Positions 18,067 through 28,030 are shown, counted from the stretch's first letter. The stretch: 64,000 bases of DNA from Methanotrichaceae archaeon (GCA_963803145.1 CAWDLW010000030.1:19967-83966); one strand, 5' to 3'. The notes: generated from the letters alone by a model not told the origin. Numbers and translations: made by a program.

Positions 18067-20484
18067 TCACTTCTTAGCCCTTATCTTCCTCGGGAGGTTC
18101 GTCGGATCAAAGCTCACATCTGCGGGCCGCAAGGGGCCTGACAGGAACTTCTTGTTCTTCCAATCGACCTTCCAGCCGTGCTTCGACTCAAGCTCCTTCA
18201 TCATGCTGTCCTTATAGGTGATGGGCAGGTCCTTTGCATCCCTTACATAGATGTACCAGTCATCAGGCAGCTTGCCGAAGTACTTCATGGAGATGTCGCA
18301 CCAATGGTTCAGCTTGATCGATCTGCCCATGCTGTTATCTGAGGGCCTGAAGCAGAGCTTTGCCATCTCCAGCATTGCCTCCTCCTTGGTCTCAGCTATG
18401 TAGAGCATCGCCTCAGGAGCGGGCTCAATCTGCTGCATCTTGCCGTCGCGGGCATCTATGACCATCCAGTCCTCGGGCTTGTCCGCCCTTCCCATGAAGG
18501 ATCTCCTGTACATGACGGAGTGGGGCTGGACGACTACTGGAATACCCAGCCGGTTGCAGCCTGTCGCGATTGATGCTGCCTTCTGAGAGTATGCGCCCCA
18601 GGCAATGCCGCAGGCTCCGACCTTGGAGAGGATGTAGTCTGCAATATCATCGAAGTTTGCCCTGTGGTTCCTGTGAGCGAAGATTGTTGCTACCTTGATC
18701 GCAGCATCAGCAATGTTTGCGTTGGCAACGCATGAGCCGGTGTTGCAGATGTTCCTGCCGTCAAAGCCTCCAGGATACTGCTCCCAGATGCTCTTGCCCT
18801 CCTCGTTCTTGTAAAGGGACATATCCATTGCCATGCAGCCGGAAGTGACGACGATATAGCCCCGATCCACGAACTCCTTGGCAATATCGTAGCATTCCTT
18901 TGTGCCTCTCGGATAGTTACTGCATCCGACCAGAGCGATGACTCCCGGGATTGTTCCAAGCACGATTGGAGCCCCAACAGCCCTGATCTCTGTATCCCTG
19001 GCGGGTCCGCGCCCGGCTCTCATCAGGAATTTCTGATTCTTAACATACTCACGATTGGCATACTCGTAGAGGTCCATGATGGGTATACCTTGCGGGCATA
19101 CCGTCTCACACCTGGCACAGCCAACGCATATCTCATACATCGATGAGAATGCCTCAAGATTGCCCTTCTTGGCCTCATCGATGAGATCGCTGATTCTGGT
19201 GTGGGGCGGGCATACGAATGCGCACTGGTTGCATCCCGTGCACTTATCCAGGGCCTCCTTGAACTGCGCTTCAGTCAACTTGGAGGCTATCTTGGTCTCG
19301 GCACGCTTAGGCTTGACTGCAATGGCAGTCCTAATACCAACTGCTCCAGCCTTCTCAGGATCAAGGATGGCAACGCCAGGAACTTTGAAGTTCACAAGGT
19401 CATCCACAATCTGGTCTATAGGATCATTAGTCCTGTCCTGCAGGCCGAGCATAATCTTATCAGTGGTGGCAATGAGAGGGATCTTGCGTTTCTGACAATC
19501 CTCAAGAACATCGCAGTAGACGCACTGCTCATCAACCATTACAGTATCCATGACTCCGGAGCGGACCATCTTCCTCCACCAGCCCATAGCTCCTGCGATC
19601 TTGGCTTTTGTTCCAAGGTTTTTCGCCAGGCTCGGGTGTCCAATACCCTCCGCAATCCTCGTCAGATCGAAAGCAGTACAACAGACGCCTCCGATGTCCA
19701 CCTTATCCCAGAGCTTGTTTGCCTCTGCGTAAATCATGGCCTCGGCGCCTGCTGCCAGGTTATGGCCGTAGGCGATGAGAACGCCCTTATTCTGATCCAG
19801 TGTGCCCATGCCGACCTCGATTAGAGGGGCATCTGCAGCACCACGCGGCATATCGTATGCCACGATCTGAAGCATATCGCATATCTCCATGCCCAGAAGA
19901 TCCAGCATTCCAGCATGCAGCGCCTTGGATTCGAAGTCTTTGTAATAGCCCTCTTGGCCGGTATGAGTCGCGGCAACGAGCTGAACAACTTCTTCCTCCA
20001 AGTAGCTCAAGCCCTCTCCAAAGTCCTTGAGTGTCCTGGGCTTGCTGCCAACGATTGTCTGGTAAATAGGTGAATCTACAAGAATCTCATCGCCCATATC
20101 GAACTTCATATCTCCGAATCTGTCCAGGCACCAGTGGTACAGATGTCTTCCGTGGGCGGCATGAGCGCAACATCCCATCAGGCAAGCGATGAGGACGATC
20201 CTACCGGAGTAGGCTGCCATATCCATACCGCAGGCACCACGCTTATCACCAGTCAGGTCACAAGGTCCATAAGTACAGAGCGTGCAGGTATCATCTGCTG
20301 GGGCATACATGATTCTATATCTATTCGCTATCTTGAAGTCCCAATCACGGAGCGTTGCTACGCCGGGCTTGGGGAAAGGACCCATAGGTTGGTCCCACTC
20401 TTCCTCTTCCTTAACGACAGCTCCGATGTTGATCTGGACGTTCTTCATGTCCTCAACAGCAAAACTGCCCTCGGTTTTTACCAT
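18067..20484 (-). CDS. cdhA: acetyl-CoA decarbonylase/synthase alpha subunit (Ni-Fe CO dehydrogenase)
   Basis: CODH cluster motifs (CTLCTYGPCDL; internal CTGCNQCAFVCP and CVGCARCETVCP ferredoxin insert). Start trimmed to MVKTEG, whose ATG follows AGGAAAGAGGAGG. Confidence 0.92.
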   Translation of the reverse strand: MVKTEGSFAVEDMKNVQINIGAVVKEEEEWDQPMGPFPKPGVATLRDWDFKIANRYRIMYAPADDTCTLCTYGPCDLTGDKRGACGMDMAAYSGRIVLIACLMGCCAHAAHGRHLYHWCLDRFGDMKFDMGDEILVDSPIYQTIVGSKPRTLKDFGEGLSYLEEEVVQLVAATHTGQEGYYKDFESKALHAGMLDLLGMEICDMLQIVAYDMPRGAADAPLIEVGMGTLDQNKGVLIAYGHNLAAGAEAMIYAEANKLWDKVDIGGVCCTAFDLTRIAEGIGHPSLAKNLGTKAKIAGAMGWWRKMVRSGVMDTVMVDEQCVYCDVLEDCQKRKIPLIATTDKIMLGLQDRTNDPIDQIVDDLVNFKVPGVAILDPEKAGAVGIRTAIAVKPKRAETKIASKLTEAQFKEALDKCTGCNQCAFVCPPHTRISDLIDEAKKGNLEAFSSMYEICVGCARCETVCPQGIPIMDLYEYANREYVKNQKFLMRAGRGPARDTEIRAVGAPIVLGTIPGVIALVGCSNYPRGTKECYDIAKEFVDRGYIVVTSGCMAMDMSLYKNEEGKSIWEQYPGGFDGRNICNTGSCVANANIADAAIKVATIFAHRNHRANFDDIADYILSKVGACGIAWGAYSQKAASIATGCNRLGIPVVVQPHSVMYRRSFMGRADKPEDWMVIDARDGKMQQIEPAPEAMLYIAETKEEAMLEMAKLCFRPSDNSMGRSIKLNHWCDISMKYFGKLPDDWYIYVRDAKDLPITYKDSMMKELESKHGWKVDWKNKKFLSGPLRPADVSFDPTNLPRKIRAKK

Positions 20485-20563
20485 TGGGTTCTTGGCCTCC
20501 TCTTTCCTTTGATATACGCCGCTCCCGTTGGCTGAAATTACATAAAACACTTTCGGATACCAA

Positions 20564-20574
20564 TTAATATAAAA
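20564..20574 (-). promoter_or_regulatory. candidate TATA box for the cdh operon
   Basis: Minus strand reads TTTTATATTAA about 85 nt upstream of the cdhA ATG, in an AT-rich divergent intergenic region. Position-based guess only. Confidence 0.3.
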
Positions 20575-20631
20575 TAACCCTGATCACCAGTATTTTCATC
20601 GAATTATTACTATATTGGTCATATATGCTGC

Positions 20632-20648
20632 GATGCGCGAACGCGATC
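20632..20648. promoter_or_regulatory. GC-rich imperfect palindrome GATGCGCG-AA-CGCGATC between cdhA and cobD
   Basis: Read directly from the sequence. It is the only GC-rich dyad in an otherwise AT-rich 165-bp divergent promoter region. Confidence 0.25.
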
Positions 20649-20715
20649 ACGATTGTTAATGTATAATATCTATCCGTCAACTTGAAATGCGGACACGAAA
20701 GTATGCCTCTGGCTC

Positions 20716-21819
20716 ATGCTAGACAGAATCAGAAAGAGCTTTGCGGCAAGCAGAGAATGCTACCATGGAGGCAAATTCAGGGAAGCAGCCTTGCAAGGGA
20801 CCACGCAAGCTCCTCCCCCAATGGATTTCAGCGCCAATATAAATCCTCTAGGTGCTCCCCCACTGGAATCCGTCGTTTTAAAAGAGCTGGAATCTATAGG
20901 CTATTATCCGGATAACAAATACACCGAGTTCAGGAGTGCCATCGCTCGCTTTGTGGATGTGGAGCCTGAGAACGTAGTTCCGGGAAACGGTTCATCGGAG
21001 ATCATCAGGCTCTTCGCGGAGATGGTCCTGGAGGAAGGAGATCTGGCACTGATACCTTTTCCAACCTTCGGGGAGTATGAGAATCAATCCCTCTTATCAG
21101 GTGCCAGAGTCAAGCGAATAGAAACGGATTCGAAAGGCATGCCCATAATAAGTGATCCTGACCTTAGTGATGCCAAAGCACTCTTTGTATGCAACCCAAA
21201 TAACCCCACTGGGGCATTGATACCAAGAGAAGATATTGCAGCTCTTGCGAAAAGATGCGAGCGAAATGAAGTATTCCTCCTGGTTGACGAAGCTTTCATA
21301 GAACTATCCGACCCTGATCAGAGCATAGCATACCTCGCGCCTGATATGGAGTACTTGCTTGTCATGAGATCTCTGACAAAATCATTCGGCGTTCCGGGGC
21401 TAAGGCTGGGCTTTGGTGTCGCAAACCCCCTATTTATAGAGATAATGGATAGATCCAGGATACCCTGGTCAATAAGCTCCATAGCGGCTGCCGCAGGAGC
21501 ATATCTCCTCGGTAATGCTGATTACCTTGAGGATTCAAGGAATCTTATCAAGAGAGAACGGGAATGGCTTACTTCTGCACTATCGAATTTAGGGCTCAAA
21601 CCTCTTACTAGCAGTGTTAACTTTATTTTAGTAAACATTCAGCCAGCAGGCATTGGCTCGGATGAGCTTACAAAATATATGATTGCACAGGGAGTGCTTG
21701 TCAGAGATTGCCAATCCTTCGGCCTTGGAAAGGGCTACATAAGAGTGGCAGTTAGAAATAGAGAGGAGAATGAGCAGCTAATAGAAGCCCTGGAGCGTGT
21801 CATCAAATGCACCGATTGA
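20716..21819 (+). CDS. cobD: L-threonine-O-3-phosphate decarboxylase (class I/II aminotransferase fold)
   Basis: HGG...MDFSANINPLG N-terminus and a SLTKSFG.PGLRLG PLP-lysine region. Followed by cbiB. Confidence 0.75.
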   Translation: MLDRIRKSFAASRECYHGGKFREAALQGTTQAPPPMDFSANINPLGAPPLESVVLKELESIGYYPDNKYTEFRSAIARFVDVEPENVVPGNGSSEIIRLFAEMVLEEGDLALIPFPTFGEYENQSLLSGARVKRIETDSKGMPIISDPDLSDAKALFVCNPNNPTGALIPREDIAALAKRCERNEVFLLVDEAFIELSDPDQSIAYLAPDMEYLLVMRSLTKSFGVPGLRLGFGVANPLFIEIMDRSRIPWSISSIAAAAGAYLLGNADYLEDSRNLIKREREWLTSALSNLGLKPLTSSVNFILVNIQPAGIGSDELTKYMIAQGVLVRDCQSFGLGKGYIRVAVRNREENEQLIEALERVIKCTD

Positions 21820-22049
21820 ACTGCGAGCGATATCCCTGTCATTTCCCCAAGCAGGATTGTGCCTTCTGCTTTTGTCCTTTTTATCCATGTATGGATGAGA
21901 GGACTAAAGGTCATATGAAGGGAGATACCTGGGCTTGCGAGGACTGTGTTGTTATCCATTCTCCAGAAATATCCTATATAATCATGGATGCACTTATGGG
22001 AGGCAAGGCCATAACGGAAGCCTGGAATATTCTCACGGAGCTATTATGA
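21807..22049 (+). CDS. cysteine-rich small domain protein (cobalamin-associated zf-like family)
   Basis: 80-aa ORF with 9 Cys (CERYPCHFPKQDCAFCFCPFYPC...WACEDC). Overlaps the cobD end by 13 nt and shares ATGA with the cbiB start. Confidence 0.6.
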   Translation: MHRLNCERYPCHFPKQDCAFCFCPFYPCMDERTKGHMKGDTWACEDCVVIHSPEISYIIMDALMGGKAITEAWNILTELL

Positions 22050-22966
22050 GCTCAGATGCATTTCTGGTATTCCTATTAGCCGTTGCCTTTGATCTGATAA
22101 TAGGGGAGCCTACCGCGAAAATACACCCTGTTGTTTGGATAGGCAAGCTTATTTCCTTCCTGAAAAGCCGCGCTAGGCCAACAAAGGCTGATGGCCTAAT
22201 GGTTGCAATGGCAGTGATAATAACAACGGTTTTCATAGGCCATGCAATTGTCATTGCCGCAGGACAGATCCCTATTTTCGGCGGGCTGTTTAGTACTGTA
22301 GCCGCTGCATATTTGCTAAAATCGACATTCGCTATAAGGTGTCTTCTCCAGACATCAAATGATATAGGAAAAATGATCGATAGCAATATCGATGAGGCCA
22401 AAAGGATGCTTCCGGCTCTTGTAGGTAGAGCGACAAAGGATCTTACATCTGCGCAGGCGGCATCTGCGGTGATCGAATCTGTCTCAGAGAACTATGTGGA
22501 CACTATAATATCTCCGATATTTTATTTCCTTCTCTTCTCGCCCTTCGGCCTTGGGCTCGAGGCGGCCCTCGCATTCAAGGCGATGAGCACAATGGACAGC
22601 ATGTTGGGCTACAAAACAAAGGGCCTCAAGGAGATAGGCTACGTGCCTGCGAAGCTGGATGACATTGCCAATTATATCCCGGCAAGGCTCAGCATACTCC
22701 TTATAGCCCTTGCGAGACCATCAAGAGCTGCTGCGGCAATAGCATCTGCCCTGAGGTACCACTCTAAAACGCCCAGCCCCAATTCCGGCTGGCCTATGTC
22801 GGCATCGGCGGGCAGCTTGGGCGTTAAGCTGGAAAAGCCGGGCTTCTACGTGCTGCTTGAAAAGGGAAAAGAGGCAGCTACATCAGATATACCGGATGCC
22901 GTCAGGCTCATAGGTCGGGCATCGATCTTTGTGTTGGCAATATCTTCGCTCATACTGCTGTTGTAA
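22046..22966 (+). CDS. cbiB: adenosylcobinamide-phosphate synthase
   Basis: Membrane ORF with the CbiB/CobD-family N-terminus (FLLAVAFDLIIGEP...HPVVWIGK) and NSGWPMSA motif. Start trimmed from 21935 to the ATG at 22046. Confidence 0.85.
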   Translation: MSSDAFLVFLLAVAFDLIIGEPTAKIHPVVWIGKLISFLKSRARPTKADGLMVAMAVIITTVFIGHAIVIAAGQIPIFGGLFSTVAAAYLLKSTFAIRCLLQTSNDIGKMIDSNIDEAKRMLPALVGRATKDLTSAQAASAVIESVSENYVDTIISPIFYFLLFSPFGLGLEAALAFKAMSTMDSMLGYKTKGLKEIGYVPAKLDDIANYIPARLSILLIALARPSRAAAAIASALRYHSKTPSPNSGWPMSASAGSLGVKLEKPGFYVLLEKGKEAATSDIPDAVRLIGRASIFVLAISSLILLL

Positions 22967-23050
22967 TGTTTACCAGATCATGCTTTGGTAATGTTTTCCC
23001 GTGTTATGCCACGGTAATATTTATCCGGATCGAAGGCTGAACTACTACAG

Positions 23051-23701
23051 ATGGAGACGATGGGAGATCTGCTAGAGAAGGTCAGAGAGTTTGGATCTAA
23101 GGGCAGCCAGAAGGAGGATGCCCAGAAGCTCTTTGGCTGGAGCATTCAGGATGTTGTGACCAGGACCCCTGCGGCCGATGAGGCTTCAATCGCTATAGTC
23201 TTTGATAATGGGCTGATAATCTACGCCAGATATTTCCTCAATCTTGATCCCACTGAGTCTGAGGATAACTGCGAATTTATCCTTGGACTGAGGAATGACC
23301 TCCGGTCCCGGATAAGATATAATGTATTTTACTCGGGCTACATACACGGACAGGGATATATAAGGGTCAAGATAGCTGAAACTGATAACAGAACGGTGCA
23401 GAGGATGCTTGATGATTTATATGTCCCAGCACTCAAGAACATCTATAAACCCATAATAACTCAATTCAAGGGATTCTATTCAAAGGATTATTTCGGCGTT
23501 GAGGCGGATAATAACCACGGAGAGATTTATTACTCGCCCGTAAGATATAGAAGCGAGCATAAGGCATCAAAAATCTGGGACGTTCTCGGCCGGCTCCATG
23601 AACTCGATGCGCTCATGCGCGAAGGCAATATTAGGCATGCTCTTGCTGAGCTTGATGTGCAGATGAGCTTTCTTCCGAGCGTTATATGGTCTGACATTTA
23701 A
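23051..23701 (+). CDS. hypothetical protein
   Basis: 216-aa ORF, convergent with the giant TPR gene. No recognisable motif. Confidence 0.5.
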   Translation: METMGDLLEKVREFGSKGSQKEDAQKLFGWSIQDVVTRTPAADEASIAIVFDNGLIIYARYFLNLDPTESEDNCEFILGLRNDLRSRIRYNVFYSGYIHGQGYIRVKIAETDNRTVQRMLDDLYVPALKNIYKPIITQFKGFYSKDYFGVEADNNHGEIYYSPVRYRSEHKASKIWDVLGRLHELDALMREGNIRHALAELDVQMSFLPSVIWSDI

Positions 23702-23712
23702 TCTAAAACCAC

Positions 23713-26700
23713 CTAATTTAGGATCTCAAGCGCACTGGGCAGATTCTCCAAAATACCCTTGTAGTCCTTTTCTTGAAGCTTAGCCTTCATAGAGACCAAA
23801 AACTTCCGTGCCTCAGGAGCAAGATTTGCTCCCTCAAAGTAATCTACAATCCGGGATATAAGCAGGCTAGCGGTATTTAAATAAACAGAATCGCTGTGAC
23901 TTGTCGCCAGATGCAGAGCACGATTATAATCGTTTAAGGCTGTGTCTTTACGGCCTGTTTGAGCCTCGCAATCTGCGAGCGTAATCAATGCCCTAATGTT
24001 CAAATCCAAATAGCCCATAAGTCTCGTGTGGCGCTCCGATAGAACAGCTATCTCCTCGGCCTTTACGAGATCTTTTTGATCCAGGGCAACTGTAGCCATA
24101 TCATCATAAACTAAGAGAAGATCATATACAGCACCAATCTTGCTGAAGATCTTTGATGCGTCCTTAAGTCTGGCCTCAGATTCGGAATAATCATTCTTAA
24201 ATTTGGAGATGAGGCCGATATTCCTCAAAGCTTTGGCCTCCTCATATCTGTCGCCCAGCCTTCTTGATAATGCCAAAGCCTTTTGGTAATTATTAAAAGC
24301 TTCATTATACAGCTGTTCTCCCTGGTAGAACTCACCCCAAGCGCTATAAAGCTGAATACGCATTGGCTGATAGTTTAACCTATAAATTAAAGTCTCTGCC
24401 TTGGATAAGTAGAATTTGGACTCCAGTGATTGCTGAGAATGCAGCTTAAACCTTGCCATTGCTATGTAGCATTCGCAAAGATCAGGCATTGCGCCTAAGC
24501 TTTCAAACGATTTCATTGAACTCTGCAGAAGCCCCTCAGCATTCCCCTCCCACCCTCTCAAGCTCTGGATGGCGCTCAAGCTCATTTTTGTAAGGCCTAT
24601 GCACGGCTCGGCTTCGAGCTTGCTGAAAATCTCAAGGCTCTGCTCAAGCATTTCCGCGGCCATATACCAATCGCCCTTGCCTCTATAAACTGTGGCAGCA
24701 TTGAGCATCGTCTGGGCTGCGCCATATAAATCATCTAATTCTTTGAAAAGGGCAGTGCTTTCCATAAACCTTGATATGGCCTCGTCCCATTCGTACCTAT
24801 CTGCATGGGCGCTGCCTAGTGCCGCCAGCACCTCGGCCTTGCCGCTCAAATCGCCCTCGTCCTCCACATCATTCAGCTGTTTCAGATAACCATCGACGCT
24901 CGCCTTGACATCGCCCTGACCTGATTTGATCATATCTATATCTGCCTGCATCTCTGCAGCGCCAATGGCATCTCCCTGATGTAAGCGAATTTCTAGTCCT
25001 CTTTGGAAATGCTCCATTGCAAGAGCCCATTCGCCCCTGCGGTAATAGAATGTCCCTAGATTATTCAGTACCTTAGCAATGCCATCGGAATCGTCAAAGG
25101 CTTCGAATATATCCAGGCTCTTCTGATAGCATTCCAATGCATTAGACCAATCGCCCTTTTTATAGTAAATGCTGGCTATGTTGCTTAAAACAGAAGCTGC
25201 ACTGCTATCGTCTCCGATCTTTTCAAAGCACTGGAGGCTACAATTATAATGCTCGAGTGCATTGGTCCACTCGCCACGACGATAATACATGTTTCCGAGA
25301 TTATTTCCTGCTACAGCCATGCTATAGTCGTCGCCTAGCCTATTCAAAATCTCCAGGCTCTCTTTATAACTGGAGATGGCCTCGTTCCAGTTCCCGTCCT
25401 CCATATAGATATTGCCCAGATTACAAAGTACTACCGCAACGCTATAGAGGTCCCCCTTTGATCGAAATATCGCCAATGCATCACAATACTCATCGATAGC
25501 TTCCCGGTTTTTGCCTAACTTGTAGCAGAGTTCTGTAAAATTGTTCAGGGATAGGATCAGCTCGCGTACATCTTCAAGGGTTTTCTGTAACCTTATGCAC
25601 TCCTCATAATAGCCTATGGCCCTCTCTAAATCTCCAGCATCGGCCAATATGATTCCCATGCCTTTCAGGGCATTTGCCTCTCCCTTCGTATCGCCTAGCT
25701 CTCGAAAGATCCTGAGACTCTCAAGGCAACATTCTTCAGCCTTTTCCATCGACCCGCTTTGGCAATAGATGCTTCCAAGATTGCCCATAGTTGTTGCAAT
25801 ACCGTGTCTATCCCCAAGTTTGCGTTTTGCATCCAAGCTCTGAGTGTAATATTTTATTGCCTGAAGTTCATCTCCCACATCTGCGTAGATATTCCCAAGG
25901 TTGTTTAAAACCGCAGATAAGCAATGAGAATCTCCGAGATCTTCGAAAGATTCCATTGCCTCCTTGAAGTGGCCAATGGCCTCATCCAGATCTCCTTTGA
26001 GCTGACATGTGTTGCCTAGATTTACATGAACTGTTGCAATGCCTTGGGAGTCGCCCAGTTCCTCTTTAATATTTAGGCTCTTCTGCAGGTGCTCTGCTGC
26101 AGTAGAGAAGTCTCCCTTGAGCTGGCAGATAAGGCCGAGGTTGTTCAATGTCTTTGCAATTCCTTGTCTATCGCCAAATCTCTCCTGTATCTCGAGTGTT
26201 TCGCTGTAGAGATCAACGGCCGCATCTAGATCTCCCTTTAGCTGATAGATACTTCCGAGATCTGATAATGCTTTGGCTGCACCCAAATCATCTCCGGACT
26301 CCCTCAAGAGTTCTATGGACCTCTGATAGCATTCAACAGCATTATCCCACTCGCCCATATCGAGGTAGATCAGCCCCATATTATTCAGCGCAGTCGTTAT
26401 GCCGTGAAGATCATCCAGCTTCTCTTGGATCTCCAAGTTTCGGCGATAGCAGCTGATGGCATCTGTATATTGGCAAAGTTTATAGTGAATGCTACCTAGA
26501 CTTGATAGCGTTCTGGCAGCGCCGCTCGAATCTCCCTGGCCCGTCTGTATATCCAAAGCCTTTTGGAAATGTGCTATTGCATTATTCCATTGTTTTATCT
26601 CAACGGATACAAGGCCCATTGAGTTCAATACTGATGCGACCTCTCCAAGATCGCCTATACACTCGAGCGATGCCAAGCTCTTATGATAGTACTCCAACGC

Positions 26701-27567
26701 CAAGTTCCATTTTTCTGCCTGTGAGCAGAGACTACCCAGAGTACTCCGTATCCTGGCCACGCCGGCACTATCCCCTAAATCATCAAGGTTATGGAGTGCT
26801 ATCTCATAATAATCAATGGCACGATCCCATTCTCCATCAAGCTGACGAACCATGCCGAGGCTTGCGAGGACTTTTGCTGCACCCCTTTTATCTCCACAGC
26901 GCTCTATTTCATTCAAGCTCTGCTGGTAATACTCCTCCGCAGATGTTAGATCTCCCTTAAGTTGACATATCCTTCCAAGGTTACTGAGAACGTCTGCAGT
27001 GCCGGATTTATCTCCTGCATCCTCGAGTATAGCTAAACTCTCCTCATAGCATCCGAGTGCATGCCCCAGCTCTTCCAGGCGAAGATAGACGTTACCGAGG
27101 CTATTCAACACAGATGCCGCAGATAACGAATCCCCCACTGTATTTAGAGCATCTAGCTCGCGTTTATAGTATTTACAGGCGCTTTCCCAATCCTCTACCT
27201 CTGAATAGATATCGCCCAGGTTATTCAACACTCGGGCAGCATTTCTTCCGCTGCCCTCCGCCTCAGCCAACCTGAGACTCTGCTCATAATACTCAATTGC
27301 AGCCTGATTGAAGAAGAATCTGTGGGCCAAAACTCCCAAGGAAAACCAGGTTTGGAAGCTATTCTGGATTGATGCGTGTTCTGCTAGTTCCTTGAGCTTT
27401 GTATGCATGAGAGCGCCATCTGAAGATAAGGCCGCTTTAATGAAGGATGAAAGTGGATCGGGTGCATTATACGAAATGATCTTCAATTGCTCGGGCTCAT
27501 AGCCCTTTGGGTTCGCCAGTACTTCGGCAAAAGCGTTAAGACCTGAGAGAACGCTATCCTCAGACAT
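23713..27567 (-). CDS. giant tetratricopeptide-repeat array protein (about 1284 aa)
   Basis: More than 20 consecutive ~40-aa units of the form LNNLG.IY...GD...A...Y..SL.I...LGD..G.A. No signal peptide or TM segment seen. Start trimmed to the ATG after GGTGGTGGGGGAG. Confidence 0.85.
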   Translation of the reverse strand: MSEDSVLSGLNAFAEVLANPKGYEPEQLKIISYNAPDPLSSFIKAALSSDGALMHTKLKELAEHASIQNSFQTWFSLGVLAHRFFFNQAAIEYYEQSLRLAEAEGSGRNAARVLNNLGDIYSEVEDWESACKYYKRELDALNTVGDSLSAASVLNSLGNVYLRLEELGHALGCYEESLAILEDAGDKSGTADVLSNLGRICQLKGDLTSAEEYYQQSLNEIERCGDKRGAAKVLASLGMVRQLDGEWDRAIDYYEIALHNLDDLGDSAGVARIRSTLGSLCSQAEKWNLALEYYHKSLASLECIGDLGEVASVLNSMGLVSVEIKQWNNAIAHFQKALDIQTGQGDSSGAARTLSSLGSIHYKLCQYTDAISCYRRNLEIQEKLDDLHGITTALNNMGLIYLDMGEWDNAVECYQRSIELLRESGDDLGAAKALSDLGSIYQLKGDLDAAVDLYSETLEIQERFGDRQGIAKTLNNLGLICQLKGDFSTAAEHLQKSLNIKEELGDSQGIATVHVNLGNTCQLKGDLDEAIGHFKEAMESFEDLGDSHCLSAVLNNLGNIYADVGDELQAIKYYTQSLDAKRKLGDRHGIATTMGNLGSIYCQSGSMEKAEECCLESLRIFRELGDTKGEANALKGMGIILADAGDLERAIGYYEECIRLQKTLEDVRELILSLNNFTELCYKLGKNREAIDEYCDALAIFRSKGDLYSVAVVLCNLGNIYMEDGNWNEAISSYKESLEILNRLGDDYSMAVAGNNLGNMYYRRGEWTNALEHYNCSLQCFEKIGDDSSAASVLSNIASIYYKKGDWSNALECYQKSLDIFEAFDDSDGIAKVLNNLGTFYYRRGEWALAMEHFQRGLEIRLHQGDAIGAAEMQADIDMIKSGQGDVKASVDGYLKQLNDVEDEGDLSGKAEVLAALGSAHADRYEWDEAISRFMESTALFKELDDLYGAAQTMLNAATVYRGKGDWYMAAEMLEQSLEIFSKLEAEPCIGLTKMSLSAIQSLRGWEGNAEGLLQSSMKSFESLGAMPDLCECYIAMARFKLHSQQSLESKFYLSKAETLIYRLNYQPMRIQLYSAWGEFYQGEQLYNEAFNNYQKALALSRRLGDRYEEAKALRNIGLISKFKNDYSESEARLKDASKIFSKIGAVYDLLLVYDDMATVALDQKDLVKAEEIAVLSERHTRLMGYLDLNIRALITLADCEAQTGRKDTALNDYNRALHLATSHSDSVYLNTASLLISRIVDYFEGANLAPEARKFLVSMKAKLQEKDYKGILENLPSALEILN

Positions 27568-28004
27568 CTCCCCCACCACCTAGACAGCTCGGCAGTAGAT
27601 GGCGTAAAGACGTATATGGATAATTGAACGAAAATCTGGATGAAGTCTTACTGAATAACAAGTAGCTATGAATTTCTCCCATAAAGTCAACCTTATTATC
27701 GGCCATCGTTTCTTCCCCTCTATTGCTGCCTTAGTATAGGTATACTACTTATTCCATCAGTAATAACTGTCCATGCATATAAAATCTCCGATTTATTAGG
27801 ATTAAATATCATATCATACTAAAATTAATAGTGATATTATTCATATCCAAACCAAAGCCTTTGTAGCAAATTGCGGTTGCTTTTAGACCGGTAACTTGGA
27901 GTTATAATTCGAAAGTAATAACTAAGATATACTTTGTGAAAAATGCTTATGTGGCACCTCATAGCCCAAGTCTGAGTGCAGTGGTATAAATAAAAATGAT
28001 TACT

Positions 28005-28022
28005 TAGATCCCTTCGGATCTA
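28005..28022 (-). terminator. hairpin TAGATCC-GAAG-GGATCTA followed by a T-rich tract
   Basis: Lies 9 nt downstream of the NIL-ferredoxin stop. The minus strand continues AGTAATCATTTTTATTT. Confidence 0.35.
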
Positions 28023-28030
28023 ACATTAGA

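Noticed and set aside
21935-22045. ORF-track N-terminal extension of cbiB (37 extra codons); similar extensions apply to cobY (10417), iorB (37560), leuD (53571), rpoH (55410), cdhA (20550) and cdhB (18070)
   Set aside because: The extensions overlap the preceding gene or lack similarity. Internal ATG, TTG or GTG starts have proper Shine-Dalgarno spacing and give canonical N-termini.
27565-27702. 45-aa upstream ORF (MADNKVDFMGEIHSY...) overlapping the start of the giant TPR gene
   Set aside because: No Shine-Dalgarno site and no recognisable sequence features. It lies in an AT-rich leader, where short ORFs arise by chance.
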